Shown here: in pieces, positions 58,883-64,000 of the stretch | Layout: every line of letters starts with the position of its first letter | Position numbering within the stretch: the stretch's first letter is position 1 | Assembly: GCF_032444005.1 (NCBI RefSeq) | Contig: NC_091288.1 | Span: 207,576,001 to 207,640,000, forward strand | Source of the DNA: Ranitomeya imitator | Taxonomy: Eukaryota | DNA length: 64,000 nt | Direction: 5' to 3' | The notes under the pieces: generated by a model | Told to the model about the DNA's origin: nothing | Seen by the model: only the letters and a program-made list of their open reading frames with translations | The model's database searches: none | Position numbers and translations under genes: made by a program

Positions 58883-60493
58883 CAGGTCCTTCTCAAAAAA
58901 TTAGCATATAGTGTTAAATTTCATTATTTACCATAATGTAATGATTACAATTAAACTTTCATATATTATAGATTCATTATCCACCAACTGAAATTTGTCA
59001 GGTCTTTTATTGTTTTAATACTGATGATTTTGGCATACAACTCCTGATAACCCAAAAAACCTGTCTCAATAAATTAGCATATTTCACCCATCCAATCAAA
59101 TAAAAGTGTTTTTTAATAACAAACAAAAAAACCATCAAATAATAATGTTCAGTTATGCACTCAATACTTGGTCGGGAATCCTTTGGCAGAAATGACTGCT
59201 TCAATGCGGCGTGGCATGGAGGCAATCAGCCTGTGACACTGCTGAGATGTTATGGAGGCCCAGGATGCTTCAATAGCGGCCTTAAGCTCATCCACAGTGT
59301 TGGGTCTTGCGTCTCTCAACTTTCTCTTCACAATATCCCACAGATTCTCTATGGGGTTCAGGTCAGGAGAGTTGGCAGGCAATTGAGCACAGTAATACCA
59401 TGGTCAGTAAACCATTTACCAGTGGTTTTGGCACTGTGAGCAGGTGCCAGGTCGTGCTGAAAAATGAAATCTTCATCTCCATAAAGCATTTCAGCCGATG
59501 GAAGCATGAAGTGCTCCAAAATCTCCTGATAGCTAGCTGCATTGACCCTGCCCTTGATGAAACACAGTGGACCAACACCAGCAGCTGACATGGCACCCCA
59601 CACCATCACTGACTGTGGGTACTTGACACTGGACTTCAGGCATTTTGGCATTTCCTTCTCCCCAGTCTTCCTCCAGACTCTGGCACCTTGATTTCCGAAT
59701 GACATGCAAAATTTGCTTTCATCAGAAAAAAGTACTTGGGACCACTTAGCAACAGTCCAGTGCTGCTTCTCTGTAGCCCAGGTCAGGCGCCTCTGCCGCT
59801 GTTTATGGTTCAAAAGTGGCTTTACCTGGGGAATGCGGCACCTGTAGCCCATTTCCTGCACACGCCTGTGCACGGTGGCTCTGGATGTTTCCACACCAGA
59901 CTCAGTCCACTGCTTCCTCAGGTTCCCCAAGGTCTGGAATCGGTCCTTCTCCACAATCTTCCTCAGGGTCCGGTCTCCTCTTCTCGTTGTACAGCGTTTT
60001 CTGCCACATTGTTTCCTTCCAACAGACTTACCATTGAGGTGCCTTGATACAGCACTCTGGGAACAGCCTATTTGTTGAGAAATTTCTTTCTGGGTCTTAC
60101 CCTCTTGCTTGAGGGTGTCAATGATGGCCTTCTTGACATCTGTCAGGTCGCTAGTCTTACCCATGATGGGGGTTTTGAGTAATGAACCAGGCAGGGAGTT
60201 TATAAAAGCCTCAGGTATCTTTTGCATGTGTTTAGAGTTAATTAGTTGATTCAGAAGATTAGGGTAATAGGTCGTTTAGAGAACCTTTTCTTGATATGCT
60301 AATTTATTGAGACAGGTTTTTTGGGTTATCAGGAGTTGTATGCCAAAATCATCAGTATTAAAACAATAAAAGACCTGACAAATTTCAGTTGGTGGATAAT
60401 GAATCTATAATATATGAAAGTTTAATTGTAATCATTACATTATGGTAAATAATGAAATTTAACACTATATGCTAATTTTTTTAGAAGGACCTG
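58883..60493 (-). mobile_element. Full-length Tc1-like (DD34E) transposon, 1611 bp
   Basis: TA TSD on both sides; near-perfect 200-bp TIRs (58883-59082, 60294-60493), each with AAATTAGCATAT at both ends (IR/DR layout). Confidence 0.95.
59161..60164 (-). pseudogene. Tc1 transposase with a single 1-bp frameshift near 59382
   Basis: MGKTSDL..., VLFSDES, FQHDLAP, then VLN(W)PANSPDLNPIENLW...AKGFPTKY. Restoring one base gives D-34-E spacing. Confidence 0.92.
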
Positions 60494-61157
60494 TATATGA
60501 GCATAGCTTTCTTAAACCAGATTCATATAATATGACATCAGGGCTAGAATAAGTTGGACAAGTGCGATCAGATAAAAAATTCAGATTGCACTCAGACCAA
60601 TGCTATTCCATGAGGCAGTGCAGATTGGCATATTTGTCTCAGCCATATTCAGTATGCTGCGACTTTGCTTCGAAATCGGACAGTGCCAAAAAATAAAAAA
60701 ATGGCATACGGACCATCAGTACGGCATCTGCTGTTTACAGACAAGTTACAATTCTGTAAAATAGGAAACTGCAAATTGTCCAGTAAAAGTGAGTAAAAAG
60801 CAGATTGAGACGATTTTCCTCACTTGTCATCCGTATACATTCTCCTGGATGAGAATGTGACCTATTATTTATACGTAAGTGTGAACGTACCCTTAGGGCG
60901 AGTTTCAAAGTCTCCCCCTGTTCTTTCGTCAGACCAGGCAGTTTTTACATTGTTTTCTCTGCGCTTTAAGAAAACACATGATGAGGAAAACAAGGAATTA
61001 CCCAACTACCTGAATGTTGAGTCCTTTACTTCCTTCAAGGCTTCATGTTGCTCTTGAGTCATTAATTTCTGATTGGTGGAATAATTATAGCCCGGCACTG
61101 CAGACTATTATAAAGAGCGGCTACCACTGTCAATCAGAACCTCGGCTTGTTTGCAAG

Positions 61158-62927
61158 ATGCCTCAGCAGACCACGGCCGGGCGCCATCCGTTGGAAGTCA
61201 AAGCGGTCGGCGTTCTTCGGAATGGGAAAGGAAAGGTAGCGTATTTCAACCATCTGTTCTTCTCACAGCAGTGCACTCTAGCAATGACAATAACAAACAG
61301 CGCCACACTGGTCCTCAGGTTGTGTCTGGTATTGCACATCAACGCTATTAAAGTGGATGGTGCTGAGCTGTAATACCACACATAACCTGATGGGGTACTG
61401 GTTTTGGAAGAACACAGCCATGTTTTTAATAACCCTGAGCTTGTCTGCACTGATGGCAGTACCCTTGCTATGCCCCTGCCTATGAGGATTGATGATGGCC
61501 GCCACCTTTATAATCAGAGTATAATGGAGAAAGCATGAGAGGATAATATTTTAAAGAGGAAATATGATTTGGATATTTTTGTTTATAGCCCAAGTTGGAA
61601 TGATAGATCCAGAGATGCGATTTTTCTGATTGGGGTATTTGGTAGCGGCTGAGGCGTACTTATAGTTGGTGCATGGGAGGTAGTTGTACTCTGACACTGG
61701 GTCTTAGGGGGCACAAAAGGTCCATTTGTGCTATATGAGAAGACCAATGCTATTAAACATCTGTGATCATGAAGATTTTGGATTGGGCCCATCAGCTTGA
61801 ACTTACAACGCCAGGTGTCTGGAAGGACTCTTTCCAGCTGATGACCCAACTTCTTCATAGGGTTTCACTTTTTCGTTCTTAGGAATAATGTATTTTTCTT
61901 GATTTCTAATTATTTTTATCCTCATTAACATTGTTTTAGCTTAAATAGTTAGGTCTTGAAAACTCAAGGCTACTTTTTAAACGACTACTCTGTTTTGTCT
62001 ACTTACTAAAAGAGTCCTTCAACGAGCCTCTACCGGGACCCCAAAAGTTGTAATCTATGTGAAAGTTTAATTTTCCTACAGCGCCACCACAGGGAAAATT
62101 AGGCATTGCACAGTGTCTACGTAAATCTATTGATTGTCTGTGTAATGTAGGACCGGAGAGGTCCTCCAGAGCGAGAGATAGTCTTTAGATCGCTCTCCAC
62201 TTTGGCCAAGGAAGAAGTATCATAAACAATGGACCCCAGTATATGAAATCAATGCGGTGTATGAAAACGGGTTTCCAAAGTAAACAACCCCTTTAAATAT
62301 GGTTGATCTGTAAAGAGAAAGGCTATAAACCATGATGATTGCCTTCTTGATGCTTGAGGTCGCCTACAGGATGCATGGCTCGGCTATAGGAACCTACGCA
62401 TTTTGGATAAAAGTTGGTTGAACCTACCGATTTCGCAGGACCGACCAATCATCTGTTGTGTATGGGGTCCTTCCGACTCCCCTTCAACAGATGATACCAG
62501 GAAAGATAAGAATCATGGAGATTTCAGGGGAGGAGTCTGACCGCAGCTCTCTTCCCTCTGTCCATTCAAGAACATGAAATCGATCTTACAGAAGGGGATG
62601 GAGGACTTTCGGGGTCCTACAGCTTCTGGGCCTCAATACCAAATCATGTTGTGACCCATGTGCGGTGCACCCCCTAAAGTTACACCCCTCGTAACAATGT
62701 GATCCTTTAACCATTTGAGCCTAACAAATACACATGGCATGCTATGTATAGATTTAGCTTCTTGCTCCAGTCCTTGATGGAACTTGTAGTCCCCCCCTTA
62801 ACAAAAATGTGAATTTTAGGTAATTTGTTTTCTTTAATTTTAACAGAGCAATATATTTTCAATTCTGTGGTCCGACCACAACGACATAGTCATCTACCGG
62901 ACGTTTGAAGACTTCAAAAAGATGCAG
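61158..62927 (+). CDS. NOXO1: NADPH oxidase organizer 1-like, paralog C, partial: exon 1 61158-61235, exon 2 62847-62927; continues beyond the window
   Basis: MPQQTTAGRHPLEVKAVGVLRNGKGK|SNIFSILWSDHNDIVIYRTFEDFKKMQ. Exon 2 is 81 nt with phase 0/0 as in A and B, and 16/27 identical to A. Confidence 0.82.
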
Positions 62928-64000
62928 GTAAGTCACATTTGTGTCATCGTGTTGTAGTCCGTGAAGCCATCGTTTACATAGAAACCAATGACGCTTTGGC
63001 TCACTGAGCACTAATAGCATTTAGGCGAGGCCTAGACATGGGGGAGGCCACGTAATCACACTACAGTTTCAGTTTCCGAGATGTATCATGTGACCTGTGT
63101 CCAGTTTTAGTCATATTTTCTAACTTATGCTATTTTTTTTTTAAGTGTTGTTTGTGGTGTCGGCCATAGCATCCACAGCTCAGCTTTCAAGATGAATGCC
63201 GAACTCTGAATGGTTGCTACAGGGCCAAAATTAACTAGTTAAAACTTCAATACTCAGGCAAGGTTGCCCATAGCAACCAATCAGCTGTCAGCTTTTATTT
63301 TTCACAGGGCCTTTGAAGAATGAAAGAGGCGACCAGATTGGTTGCTGTGGGGAAACTGCTCTACTTTACTCTTTTAGTAATTCTAATAAGGTTCCCTGTG
63401 ACCTTGTTAATTTCTGTCTACATGGAAGATTTTGAATCTATGTATTTCTGGGTTAAAATGTTTTGGATACAGCATACAAATATTTTACACCCAATTTGAC
63501 ACTTATAGGGGTGCCCTTAAGAGGTATGGCTGAGAGAGATGATAAAATCCACCAAATTTAGCAAATAGTGCACATCTTAATCCAAAAATTGTGCTATCTT
63601 GTGTCAGTCACGAGAAAAATCCATTAACATGCATTACATGATGAAGAAAAATTGTGCGCCATTTTTTATAAATGCGATTTAAAATAAAAAGTTTAAATTT
63701 TTTTTTTATATTCTTTTGTTCATAGCGAGAATTAAGAAAAAAATTCCCATTGGAATCTGGGTTACTTCGAAAATCAGAGAATATTATCCCGAAATTGAGA
63801 GGTAACGAGCCCGTCATCAATATCCGAGAGTCACTGACAGATCCCATTAATGCCTAGGGATCCCATAAAAACAATCGAATTTAGGATGTTCATAAGTCAG
63901 GATAAGATTTTTTTTTCACATTTCAGGTATGACTGTTTTTGTTAATTTAATTATTATAAAAAATAAATGGAAAAAATATCCTATCCAGAATTTATGGCTC

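Overview
AT-rich, repeat-dense vertebrate genomic DNA. The repeat repertoire (T2/Kolobok-like MITEs, piggyBac-like composite element, V-SINE, L2, Tc1, Penelope-like and Gmr1-like elements) suggests an anuran frog; this is an inference. The main genic content is a same-strand tandem array of three diverged NOXO1 (NADPH oxidase organizer 1) paralogs on the + strand. Copy A (21472-29704, 8 exons, 441 aa) and copy B (36874-46979, 8 exons, 474 aa) are complete. For copy C only exons 1-2 (61158-62927) fall in the window. All share PX-SH3-SH3-proline-rich architecture and identical intron phases, and A and B carry a long Ser/Arg-rich linker after the second SH3. Upstream, a hand-built minus-strand spliced unit could encode an unrecognised 92-aa protein, and its second coding exon is split by a young 5.9-kb Gmr1-like LTR retrotransposon. 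That element has apparently identical LTRs and a 5-bp TSD, and its integrase/RT region is replaced in frame by a purine-rich repeat. Other notable elements: a Penelope-like element with 913-bp inverted arms, a 13-bp TSD and hammerhead-like motifs; a Chapaev3-like element with a TAA TSD; a Tc1 one base from intact; and L1, L2 and RTE fragments, a Helitron-like element and several minisatellites. Most long ORFs in the supplied track are repeat artefacts. All assignments come from reading and recalled motifs; no searches were run.
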